Positions 55,694 to 64,000 of a stretch of 64,000 nt of DNA are shown here, in pieces. The position numbers and the translations under genes are program-made. The stretch is taken from assembly GCA_964598565.1 (NCBI GenBank), contig CAZRCG010000009.1, positions 1,943 to 65,942 on the forward strand, read 5' to 3'. This DNA is from an uncultured Bacteriovoracaceae bacterium (GTDB taxonomy: Bacteria; Bdellovibrionota; UBA2394). The notes below the pieces were generated by a model. That model saw only the letters and a program-made list of their open reading frames with translations, did not search any database and had not been told where the DNA came from. Position 1 is the first letter of the stretch. Every line of letters begins with the position of its first letter.

Positions 55694-56416
55694 ATGTGTC
55701 ATTTCATCAAAGTATCTGTAATAAGCTTATTCTTAGGAGGCATGATCGTACCGACCCTCCGTGCCGACAATGCGATGGACGATCGCCCTTATAAAAAAGA
55801 GCTGATAGAATTCATTGCTCTGCTCAACGAGTATGTGGCTGTCGCAGGCCCTGGCAATACCGCGATCACTCGCGATGCGGTCGCCGCAATGAAGCCCCTA
55901 AGTCGAAAAATCGCGACATTCTATTTTGATAAAGTGACTAAAGATAAATCCCTGGGCGATACCTTGATTGAGGCATTCGTCTCGATGGTCGCTGAGAATC
56001 CTCATCTCAATGAAGAATTCGTATTTCTGGGCAATGCCTTTGTAGAGCTGGCTTTAGAGATTCTATCGACAAAGAATAGGCGTGGCCCCACCAACACTTA
56101 TAAAGCGACCAAGATTGGAGCCGTCACTGGCATTGTAGTGGGCACGCTTATCATTATTGTAATGAAAGGAAGCGTTGGCGGTCTTATCACCGGAGGGCTG
56201 GTCGCCGCTGGCGCAATTGGAATCGGATTTTTGATTGGTCAATCCTCGACCACGATTTTGCGTGTCGATCCAAGAGTTCAAACAGCCGAAGATTTTAATG
56301 CGCGCTTTAAGAGTGGTCGCGACCTGGTCAACTATCGACTACCTCTGGCTCTTTTGCAGAGATTGCCATCTACGAATGGAGTTGAATTCACCCACGGAGT
56401 CGAGTTCGCGCAATGA
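55694..56416 (+). CDS. Hypothetical exported protein with glycine-zipper hairpin
   Basis: Signal peptide; GAVTGIVVG...GGLITGGLVAAGAIGIG; RBS GGAGG. Confidence 0.75.
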   Translation: MCHFIKVSVISLFLGGMIVPTLRADNAMDDRPYKKELIEFIALLNEYVAVAGPGNTAITRDAVAAMKPLSRKIATFYFDKVTKDKSLGDTLIEAFVSMVAENPHLNEEFVFLGNAFVELALEILSTKNRRGPTNTYKATKIGAVTGIVVGTLIIIVMKGSVGGLITGGLVAAGAIGIGFLIGQSSTTILRVDPRVQTAEDFNARFKSGRDLVNYRLPLALLQRLPSTNGVEFTHGVEFAQ

Positions 56417-57129
56417 TGGCCCTGTGGCTCTTACTGGTAGCAAGCCCTTCTTTGGAGGCCTATTTACCATCGGATCCCCTGGACCAAGAATCAGACTTTG
56501 CGTTTTACTGGGGTGATTTTTTATTCAATGCGTATCCAGACTATCCAACTAACAATCCGGACTATCCAACTAATAAACCAAACTTTCCGACAAAAAAAAA
56601 TGCGCCGCTAGATCAGACAAACTCTGTCAACGTAGAGCCTCGAGCACTTTATCCGATGAAATCCCTTATCATTCAAGAACTAGCGGCCAGCGTCCTCGAT
56701 GCTACGTCACGGCATCAGTTGCAGAGTCGATTAAGATTGATTCATAAAGCCCATGAAGATTCTGTCCGAAACGGAGCCCCTGAAATATCCAAAGACGTAT
56801 GGCTAGCTCTTGACGGCGAATTAAATTTGCAGTGGTCAGCTATTTTGGCCCCTCCTCCGGCCGATTCGAAAGGCGCGACGAGAGGCAACTCTGAATCCAC
56901 CCGAGAGAAATCATGGCTTGGCGCCGGATTAGTTTATCTCAGCGGTTTGAGTCCTATGGTGCCGTTAGCACGCGGGCTTCTATCATTGAAATATTCTCGC
57001 GATAAATCGAAAGTAGCGTTGCCAAGAGACGATAAAGATCTCTCAAGATCTTATTCCGCTAAAAGTGACTACTTTGGATTCTTGTTATCCGATCTACGAC
57101 TTGGGGAGGATCTTGCCCATGATGAGTAA
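56413..57129 (+). CDS. Hypothetical exported protein with Pro-rich heptad repeats
   Basis: Signal peptide; PDYPTNN-PDYPTNK-PNFPTKK; ATGA overlap with the previous gene. Confidence 0.7.
   Translation: MMALWLLLVASPSLEAYLPSDPLDQESDFAFYWGDFLFNAYPDYPTNNPDYPTNKPNFPTKKNAPLDQTNSVNVEPRALYPMKSLIIQELAASVLDATSRHQLQSRLRLIHKAHEDSVRNGAPEISKDVWLALDGELNLQWSAILAPPPADSKGATRGNSESTREKSWLGAGLVYLSGLSPMVPLARGLLSLKYSRDKSKVALPRDDKDLSRSYSAKSDYFGFLLSDLRLGEDLAHDE
56534..56596 (+). repeat. Three degenerate 21-bp in-frame tandem repeats
   Basis: ATCCAGACTATCCAACTAACA / ATCCGGACTATCCAACTAATA / AACCAAACTTTCCGACAAAAA. Confidence 0.8.
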
Positions 57130-58078
57130 TATTCTTTTTTTAGCGCTTATTTTACAGTCGAATTCTGAGGCCGCGTCTTCGAAGCCTCTTTCTTCTGAAT
57201 TTGAATTTGCTCCCTTTATTGAGTCCGACCTTCCAGAAGAAGATCGCCTTTTATTGGAAGCCTCCCTTGCACGTTTATTGCGCATGCAACGTAAGACATC
57301 GGCGGCACCGAACTCTTCCTCCTCAACCAACACCAACGACGGCAGTCATTCAGAACCTAGGGTGGGAACCTTGGGGACAGACTCCGAGCCTGAAGAACAA
57401 AGTTTGGAGGAGCTTGTCCTGGAGACACTGGAACGTGCTCAAGAAGATCAGCGAAAGCGTCTTAGCCAAGAAGAACTACGCCGTTTGGAAGCCGCCCTAA
57501 AGAACGATAGAGTCATCTTGATAGCCCTGGAAAAATTTTTGGCCGCGCCTTTTGATCCTGATAGCCCTTCTCAAAAGCCTGAGTTCTTGAGGGCTGAAGG
57601 ACACCTGATTAATCTACTTTTTTTTGCGCCAGAAACCTCATCGAATCGTCGACATTTTATTGTAAGCCACTATCGTTTGCGCCAGCCCGACGCGCTTTTG
57701 CGTTTTGCTCATTTTGAAAAAGTGATGCAAGCGCGCTATGACGAGCATGCTGTTCGGCATAAAGGACGCGAAAAGGTCATAGCGGGTTTAATCACGGTGG
57801 CCGGAACAGCCGCTGGCCTCTGGATTGGATGGCGCTATTATAAAAGCCCTGTGGCTGCCGATGCTCGACTGCCCGCCGTGCAAAAAATTCTCCGCCATAT
57901 AGCTGTCGTGGGTCTGCCGGTTTTGGGATACAAACTGGGCTCCACGTTTTCGGTGGAGTGGGCGCCCCTCTTGAACGGATACCTCTCACCGCCTAAAGAA
58001 TCGTTTAGCAATGATCCTCTCTACAATTATGGGGATTTAAGCGAGCTCATTCTTCTGGACCAGGAACTTAGCCAGTAG
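57119..58078 (+). CDS. Hypothetical exported protein with two C-terminal hydrophobic helices
   Basis: Signal MMSNILFLALILQSNSEA from ATG 57119; hydrophobic VIAGLITVAGTAAGLWIGW and IAVVGLPVLGYKLG. Confidence 0.72.
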   Translation: MMSNILFLALILQSNSEAASSKPLSSEFEFAPFIESDLPEEDRLLLEASLARLLRMQRKTSAAPNSSSSTNTNDGSHSEPRVGTLGTDSEPEEQSLEELVLETLERAQEDQRKRLSQEELRRLEAALKNDRVILIALEKFLAAPFDPDSPSQKPEFLRAEGHLINLLFFAPETSSNRRHFIVSHYRLRQPDALLRFAHFEKVMQARYDEHAVRHKGREKVIAGLITVAGTAAGLWIGWRYYKSPVAADARLPAVQKILRHIAVVGLPVLGYKLGSTFSVEWAPLLNGYLSPPKESFSNDPLYNYGDLSELILLDQELSQ

Positions 58079-58157
58079 CTTCAACGTTAGGTATAACACA
58101 TTAAACAGCTGACTTTGGTAGTGGTGGGGCCGGCAAAGATATTACGACAACAGCCCC

Positions 58158-59441
58158 TTAAACTCGCCCTAGAAGGGTCTTTGCGCGATGACTGATAAGA
58201 TGTCTTTCACGAAGGACCTTCTGCCCCAAAGTCGAAACCGATCGGCGAGCCTCTGGGTTGTTTAAATAGAGATCGATCTTCGCATGTAAGTCATCGGTAT
58301 TCTTAAATGACTCGAGGCCTCCTTCTGGAAAAAATTCAATCGCCACAGATGGCCGGTCTGTCAGAGGAAATCCGCCATACGCTAGCACTTTCAGTGGCCG
58401 TTCATGCAGAGCCTGACGAAAGGACCACTTCGTAAAACAAAGCTGAATCTTGGCATGTCGAAATGATCTCTTGAGATCGTCTTCTGAGAGTCTCGGGCCC
58501 TGATGACTCAAGGTCGGCAGCAAAAAATTTTTCCACTCCTGCCCCCCATAGCATTTGAGACCCTTTGGAATAAGCGTCGTCATGACAGACAGCATCTGCC
58601 TCCAAGAGTATAGAATCTCGAGCCGTCCTCGCATTTGCACTAAAGCCAGCTTCCAATCGTCGGGCAAAAGCAGCGCCATCGACTTTTCAGCACTCTCTCG
58701 GGCTCTAAGAAATTGAAGTGGCTCTGTATAATCTCCGCTCATGAAAGCAAGTAATACAGGTTGAAGCTGCCTCAAAACAGAATCGCTGGAGGAGGCTTTA
58801 AACCCATAATCCGGGAAGTGCTTTAGATGATTCAGAAACTCTAGAGCAAATAACTGCGCAAACCCTTCGGTTCGATCGCCTTCAGTTAAGAGTGGAAATT
58901 GAATTTGTCGATTGGGAGTTCCGATAAAAACGAGATCATCACGAAATGAGGGCTCGCTGGATAAGCTCATCGATGCCGACTGTTCGTACGGGATGCTCAC
59001 CGTATTGTCGCCAATTAACCACTCATCGGGAATGCCTAGTGGTAAGTAAGACGCCTGATATCCAAGATCTTTGAAAATCGCTTCGTGTTCGTGGTCAACC
59101 ACGAGAAAATGAAAGTTCTTAGGCCACTGCCCACCTATCAAACGGCGAAGCCACTCGGGGCTGCCCGACGCAAAGGGATTCTCCCAGTACCAGGAATAGA
59201 TTTTTTGGTTTTCTTCAAGGAGTCGGTCTAGAAGAAAGGTTCGATCAGGCCAAAAATCAAAACAATACGTGCAGTGCGTAACCCAAAAATCATAACGCTG
59301 ACGGATCACCGTCTCGACCTTAGACCACAATTGACCAGGGCCTAAAACAATACGCGTGACGTGATGACCCTCTCTTTCGAAGGCCTTCGCAAGTCCTTCC
59401 ATAAGAGGCTCATTCTGCCATATCAGCATGGCAATTTTCAT
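58158..59441 (-). CDS. CgeB-like glycosyltransferase
   Basis: YGGQEW, LHERP, GGFPLTD, RHLISHRA. Confidence 0.82.
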   Translation of the reverse strand: MKIAMLIWQNEPLMEGLAKAFEREGHHVTRIVLGPGQLWSKVETVIRQRYDFWVTHCTYCFDFWPDRTFLLDRLLEENQKIYSWYWENPFASGSPEWLRRLIGGQWPKNFHFLVVDHEHEAIFKDLGYQASYLPLGIPDEWLIGDNTVSIPYEQSASMSLSSEPSFRDDLVFIGTPNRQIQFPLLTEGDRTEGFAQLFALEFLNHLKHFPDYGFKASSSDSVLRQLQPVLLAFMSGDYTEPLQFLRARESAEKSMALLLPDDWKLALVQMRGRLEILYSWRQMLSVMTTLIPKGLKCYGGQEWKNFLLPTLSHQGPRLSEDDLKRSFRHAKIQLCFTKWSFRQALHERPLKVLAYGGFPLTDRPSVAIEFFPEGGLESFKNTDDLHAKIDLYLNNPEARRSVSTLGQKVLRERHLISHRAKTLLGRV

Positions 59442-60745
59442 TAAAGAGGTCCTGCCTCGATCGTGCCGATATTTCTACCTCTTAGAATGTTATGGAACGA
59501 CTTTAACAGCTGTTTCACTCGCTGGTCGAATCCATGATCTTTTTGAACTCTTTGAAAGGCGCGCTCACTATAGGCCGTTCGAAGGTCTGGTTTCGCCAGA
59601 AAATAATCTACCTTCTCCAATAGGTCGTCGACCGACGAATACGAAATCATTTCGTCCGATGAAAAACAGTCTGCTAAGCCAGAACGAGCATCGGTTAAGG
59701 CAAACCCTTTGCAAGCGGCAATAAGAAAGGGTCTCTCATGTACGGCAGTTCGAAACTGCCATTTTGTATGACACAAGTTGATGGGTGACTGGCTGAAGAC
59801 ATGACACAGTTCTTCATGGCTAAGCTTAGGACTTTGCCATGAATAAGACCCTAAATACTTCTGAGCCCATTCGTCACCGCCAAAGACCCGAATATCTTTT
59901 TCTTTTAAGCACCACAAAAGATCATTTAAAATCCACCACGAGTAAAAAAAGTCAAAACGCGAAAAGAATATTAACACTTCTCTATAGCTCACAGGGTGCA
60001 GGTCTCGCAGAGCTTGGTCGAGTAAATGAGATCGATGAACTTCAAATGCGTCTCGAGTCCACGTCGTTGTTTCTAACAGGTCAATGAGAATATCCCTCAC
60101 TCGAAGAAGATCTTTCCGATAGACTTCCTGTGGTAGCAGCCCCATCCGAGTCTGTCGTGCGAATGCTGAAAAATCGTGAAAGAGATGCTTACAGTGATTG
60201 AAACGAAGCTCGTATCGAGATTGATTAGGAGAATCCACCGCGGTCTTTGGCTTCCCCACAAAAGAAATTGTAGGAACTTCTAAATGCTTCGGCAATGGTT
60301 CACCCACAGGTTTATAGATGTCTAAGTCGACTCCAATTGGAATAAGATGTGTAACGGCGCCGAGCTTTATAAGCTCCTCTTGATGATACGCATCCACAAC
60401 AATAAATAGATCAAAGGGTGGGAGGCGCCCCGAATGAAACCGGCTCACCATCGAGTAAGACCCGGAGGCCCAAGGACTGTCCCAGTACCAAGAGACCATG
60501 GGAATTCCTAAAGTCTTAAGACCCTCTTCTAATTCTTGTCCTTCTTTCACTTGAATATCGAAAGCGTAGGAGTTGTGAGTGAGAATGACATGGGGCTGAA
60601 ACGTTTTGACGAGGTCTAGCACGCAGGCATGCCTGATATCTTCACTTACGTCGATACGTAAGACGTCGACACCTTCTTGCTTGAAGGCACGCTCTATCGA
60701 ACTCATAATAGCTTCTTGATTCCAAACAAGAAGGGCTACTTTCAT
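59441..60745 (-). CDS. CgeB-like glycosyltransferase
   Basis: FGGDEW, VHERP, GFALTD, DHGFDQRV. Confidence 0.82.
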   Translation of the reverse strand: MKVALLVWNQEAIMSSIERAFKQEGVDVLRIDVSEDIRHACVLDLVKTFQPHVILTHNSYAFDIQVKEGQELEEGLKTLGIPMVSWYWDSPWASGSYSMVSRFHSGRLPPFDLFIVVDAYHQEELIKLGAVTHLIPIGVDLDIYKPVGEPLPKHLEVPTISFVGKPKTAVDSPNQSRYELRFNHCKHLFHDFSAFARQTRMGLLPQEVYRKDLLRVRDILIDLLETTTWTRDAFEVHRSHLLDQALRDLHPVSYREVLIFFSRFDFFYSWWILNDLLWCLKEKDIRVFGGDEWAQKYLGSYSWQSPKLSHEELCHVFSQSPINLCHTKWQFRTAVHERPFLIAACKGFALTDARSGLADCFSSDEMISYSSVDDLLEKVDYFLAKPDLRTAYSERAFQRVQKDHGFDQRVKQLLKSFHNILRGRNIGTIEAGPL

Positions 60746-61995
60746 AGATAGCCTTTCAATACATTCATCAAATCGAGTGCTCTAGAATCGTAGGTCATAC
60801 GATTCTGTACCCACTGACGACACTGAGCTTGAACCTTCTCTCTCTCTCGAGAGTTCATTAAGAAAAAAGAAACTTTTTCTTTCGCTTCTTCCTTGCAGGT
60901 ATAAACGAAAGACGGTTGATCTCCATAAGACTCGGTGAGGTCCTGCTTATCATCGGTTACTGCAAAACCACCCGATCCAAAAATCAAAATCGGTCTTTCG
61001 TGAATGCCGTTAATAAATTGCTGCTTGGTATAGCAGAAGCTTACACCAGCCGATGAAAAGCAGTCGTCGAGCTCCTTTTGAGAGAGCCATCGACTCGATT
61101 TTGATGCTGCCTCCCCCAGATGCCAATTCCACTTGGTCGATCCATACACCTCCAAGCCGAGAGGCTGAAGCTCCGATAGATAGTCACTCATCTGTCCGTA
61201 GGAGAAGATCATATCCACTCGACCCGCCAACAGTAAGATTAGCCTATAGAAACCCGCTGGCACCTTACCCCTTATTCGAGCCATAAATGCATCAAACGCT
61301 CGGCGATAGTCGCGAACGGGAGCATTCATGGTATCAAAAACAGGGTGAATCTGCCGATCAATCAGCTCAAGCCCAGTCTCCACCCATCGATTCTCCAGAC
61401 CCAAAGCCCCTTGTTTCTCAAGCACCAAGGCCTTAAGCTCCGATAAAAACACACCATGAAAAAAATCCTTACGCTTCGTCGTGGTATCAATGGCTTGATG
61501 CACATCTTCCCACGGTTTTCCGACAAAGGCGACTTTGTTTCGAAAGGAAGAACGCTCGGAAGGTTTCCTTTCCAGGACACTAGCGTCTACTGCCAACGGA
61601 AAATAATGCGCACGCAAACCTCTCTCCGTCAGCGCTGGAATCCAGCCAGAATCTGTGACGAGATGAATAAGATGTTGTGGGTAAGGGCCAAACACATGCT
61701 CGTTAATTCGTTGCATGCGGCCGCTTGAAAAAGGACTATCCAAGAACCAAACAAAAATAGGTTTATTCATTTCCCTGAAAACAAGCTCTAAATCCTGCCC
61801 ACAAGAACGAAGCTCATCGAAAAAGTAAAGATTGTGCGTTAGAACCGCGTCAAAATTATTGTCTAAAATAATTTTTTTTAATGCTTCTGGTGAATGGCTA
61901 TCGACGACATCACACTCATGGCCTAGTTTTCTCCATGAGTTCGCAAGATGCGTTATATGAAGCTCTTGATGCGATCTCAAAAAAAGAATCTTCAT
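60742..61995 (-). CDS. CgeB-like glycosyltransferase
   Basis: YGSTKW, IHERP, GGFAVTD, MTYDSRA; start ATG 61995 (ATGA overlap). Confidence 0.82.
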   Translation of the reverse strand: MKILFLRSHQELHITHLANSWRKLGHECDVVDSHSPEALKKIILDNNFDAVLTHNLYFFDELRSCGQDLELVFREMNKPIFVWFLDSPFSSGRMQRINEHVFGPYPQHLIHLVTDSGWIPALTERGLRAHYFPLAVDASVLERKPSERSSFRNKVAFVGKPWEDVHQAIDTTTKRKDFFHGVFLSELKALVLEKQGALGLENRWVETGLELIDRQIHPVFDTMNAPVRDYRRAFDAFMARIRGKVPAGFYRLILLLAGRVDMIFSYGQMSDYLSELQPLGLEVYGSTKWNWHLGEAASKSSRWLSQKELDDCFSSAGVSFCYTKQQFINGIHERPILIFGSGGFAVTDDKQDLTESYGDQPSFVYTCKEEAKEKVSFFLMNSREREKVQAQCRQWVQNRMTYDSRALDLMNVLKGYL

Positions 61996-63107
61996 CCCTG
62001 CTTCCACGCATCCACAACATGTTGGCCGAAACTTCGAATATCATTCTCTGTCAATGAAAATGAGGATGCCAGCCAGAATCCGCGTTTTGAAACAGATATC
62101 GCCTGGCTAAAATTCTCAAGACCAGCTTGGTAGGGCTTTTGCGTGGCAAGACAAAACCAAAATCGTCGATATCCATAGTGTAAGCCCGTCAATATAGCTT
62201 CCAGTTTTTCTGGTTGTTCGCAGAGACAATCAGTCCATTGACGGTACTCTCCCGCTTCAGAATCATCTAAAAATTTAAGATCGGCAATGCCTGCCCACGC
62301 ACTTCGATAGATGGCATCACGGAGTTTGGCCTGATCAAGTCGACCGGCGAGTTTCTGCATCTGTCCACATCCCAGAGCGGCTTGAAGATTCGTCAGCTTA
62401 AAATTAAATCCAAGCTCCGGGTGGAGATCATTGCCTCCGGTACCACGACGCGGTCGCCCCTGATCTTTTAAAGCCACCGCGCGTTCATAAAGAGAGCGAT
62501 CGTTGGTTACAATCATTCCACCTTGCCCTGTGGTGACCGTCTTATTCGACGAAAACGAGAAAGCTCCTGCGAGACCAAATGTGCCAAGCTTGCGACCGCG
62601 AAACGACGACCCCAAGGCTTCGGCAGAATCACAAATGAGAATCAAACCTTTTTCTTTGCAGAAGGGCTCAAAAAAATCATAGGCCGCTCCTCGTCCATTA
62701 ATATCGACCGTTACGATGGCCTTGGTTCGAGCACTCAGAGACTTCTTGACGAGGTCGGGGTCTAAACCGAAACGATGGGGTTCAATATCGACCAACTTAA
62801 CGGTAGCTCCTGTGAGTCTTACAGCGTTGGCTGTTGCAATAAAAGTTAAGGCCGGCACGATGACCTCATCCCCCGAGCCAATACCTGCCGCCATCAAACT
62901 TAATGCGATAGCAGCCGTGCCGCTCGTGACAGCAACGGCGTACGAGCTGCCGACGGTCGATTTAATTTCATTCTCAAATCGAGTGGTCCACTCTCCTTCA
63001 TTGAGATACCCACTATCTAAAACCGATAGAACAAAGTCTCGTTCAATAGAATTTGTTTCAGGCTGGTACCAAGGTATATCTCGCCGGCCCTCTGCGTTTA
63101 GTTTCAT
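61992..63107 (-). CDS. DegT/DnrJ/EryC1/StrS PLP-dependent sugar aminotransferase (perosamine-synthase-like)
   Basis: TSGTAAI, TFIATANAV, CDSAEALGS, SFSSNKTVTTGQGG, GFNFKLTNLQAA; start ATG 63107. Confidence 0.93.
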   Translation of the reverse strand: MKLNAEGRRDIPWYQPETNSIERDFVLSVLDSGYLNEGEWTTRFENEIKSTVGSSYAVAVTSGTAAIALSLMAAGIGSGDEVIVPALTFIATANAVRLTGATVKLVDIEPHRFGLDPDLVKKSLSARTKAIVTVDINGRGAAYDFFEPFCKEKGLILICDSAEALGSSFRGRKLGTFGLAGAFSFSSNKTVTTGQGGMIVTNDRSLYERAVALKDQGRPRRGTGGNDLHPELGFNFKLTNLQAALGCGQMQKLAGRLDQAKLRDAIYRSAWAGIADLKFLDDSEAGEYRQWTDCLCEQPEKLEAILTGLHYGYRRFWFCLATQKPYQAGLENFSQAISVSKRGFWLASSFSLTENDIRSFGQHVVDAWKQG

Positions 63108-63718
63108 GGGCCCGTCCTTTTTATAGGCCTTGCAGGAACGCCGACAACACAAGCTCCCGACTCAACATCGCCGGTTACCACAGCTCCAGCACCGATAATG
63201 ACATCAGATCCCACTCGACAACGAGGTAAGATGATCGCGCCGGCGCCTATATAAACTCTGTCTCCCACGACGACATTCCCCAGGAGAAGTGCCGATGGAG
63301 CGATGGTGCAGAAATCGCCTACTCGACAATCGTGATGCACAACCGAATTGACATTGAGCTTACATAGTTTTCCAATGTGCGCGCCTGCCATTACCTTCGC
63401 TGCCATTTGAACAATTGAGCCTTCGCCGACTACAGCAGATGGAGAGATGAAGGCTTCTAGTGATATCAGCGTCGCAAACGAGCCTTGATAAATCTCAAAA
63501 AGTCGAACTTTGAGACTGCAGGGATCAATCGCCATAGCAACTTGTAAGCTGGAGATTTTGTCTCTCATGTTTACAAAATCCCCATCGCCCCCTAAGGCTA
63601 AGAAGTCTAAAATGGGCGTGCTTACGTGAGGATCAAAAAATCCCTTCACATCATAGTCAAGACTACGCGCTAACTCTAGAATTTCTTTGTCGGCACTAAC
63701 AACTGCAAGAGGCTTCAT
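63104..63718 (-). CDS. NeuD/PglD-family sugar acetyltransferase
   Basis: Hexapeptide left-handed beta-helix, VVHHDC, GVPAR. Confidence 0.9.
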   Translation of the reverse strand: MKPLAVVSADKEILELARSLDYDVKGFFDPHVSTPILDFLALGGDGDFVNMRDKISSLQVAMAIDPCSLKVRLFEIYQGSFATLISLEAFISPSAVVGEGSIVQMAAKVMAGAHIGKLCKLNVNSVVHHDCRVGDFCTIAPSALLLGNVVVGDRVYIGAGAIILPRCRVGSDVIIGAGAVVTGDVESGACVVGVPARPIKRTGP

Positions 63719-63720
63719 CG

Positions 63721-64000
63721 TTAGGCATCCAGTATTCTAGCTGTGGGAAGTGGGCTGATAAAGTGTCCTTTAAACCCTTTTCTTCGAAGATTTGTTTGCA
63801 GCTCCTCAGAAATATGCCACGAAAATAAAAGGGCATAGTCTGGCTGATCGTCATAAAGCTTAGACTCATCAACCACTGCAATACGCGTACCCGGAATGAA
63901 CTTGTTTACTTTAGGAGAGGTTTTGACCTCATAGATGCAATCGATGAGTCCGTCATCAAGCCCCACATAATTGATGAGTGTTGACGCCCTTGAAGGGGCG
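63721..64000 (-). CDS. NDP-hexose C-methyltransferase, C-terminal part (5' end outside the window)
   Basis: APSRASTLINYVG...KVNKFIPGTRI.V...PDYALLFSWHISEE...GHFISPLP. Confidence 0.85.
   Translation of the reverse strand, partial: APSRASTLINYVGLDDGLIDCIYEVKTSPKVNKFIPGTRIAVVDESKLYDDQPDYALLFSWHISEELQTNLRRKGFKGHFISPLPTARILDA

Overview
Bacterial chromosomal window, probably from a Bdellovibrionota- or delta-proteobacteria-like organism. That placement is inferred from gene content: a CdgA-like degenerate GGDEF protein, many orphan secreted proteins and sigma54-type promoters. Left to right: (i) a partial SLBB polysaccharide export gene and a reduced dcw cluster (ftsL-ftsI-murE-mraY-murD-ftsW-murG) with inserted genes and an unannotated 36-codon ORF coupled between murD and ftsW; (ii) a tRNA-Met(CAT) integration hotspot (13.4-21.1 kb), with a duplicated upstream leader containing a perfect 16-nt antisense copy of the tRNA, followed by two tandem ~3.5-3.8 kb mini-islands; each island has a tRNA 3' att copy, its own pair of 11-bp-period arm-type repeats, a crippled tyrosine integrase and a different AbiE type IV toxin-antitoxin pair; (iii) a CgeB-like glycosyltransferase and two very large orphan exported proteins; (iv) housekeeping and regulatory genes (Ca/Na antiporter, tRNA-Arg, nitroreductase, thyX, mutS, two two-component systems, tatA, ftsK, tRNA-Pro, arfB, prmA); (v) a degenerate GGDEF protein next to a YaiO-like/HEAT/GT2 operon; (vi) four tandem orphan exported proteins with hydrophobic hairpins; (vii) a glycan locus with three more CgeB-like glycosyltransferases, an aminotransferase, an acetyltransferase and a partial C-methyltransferase. 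No CRISPR array, rRNA or IS transposase was seen. All family calls come from motif recognition by eye, not database searches.
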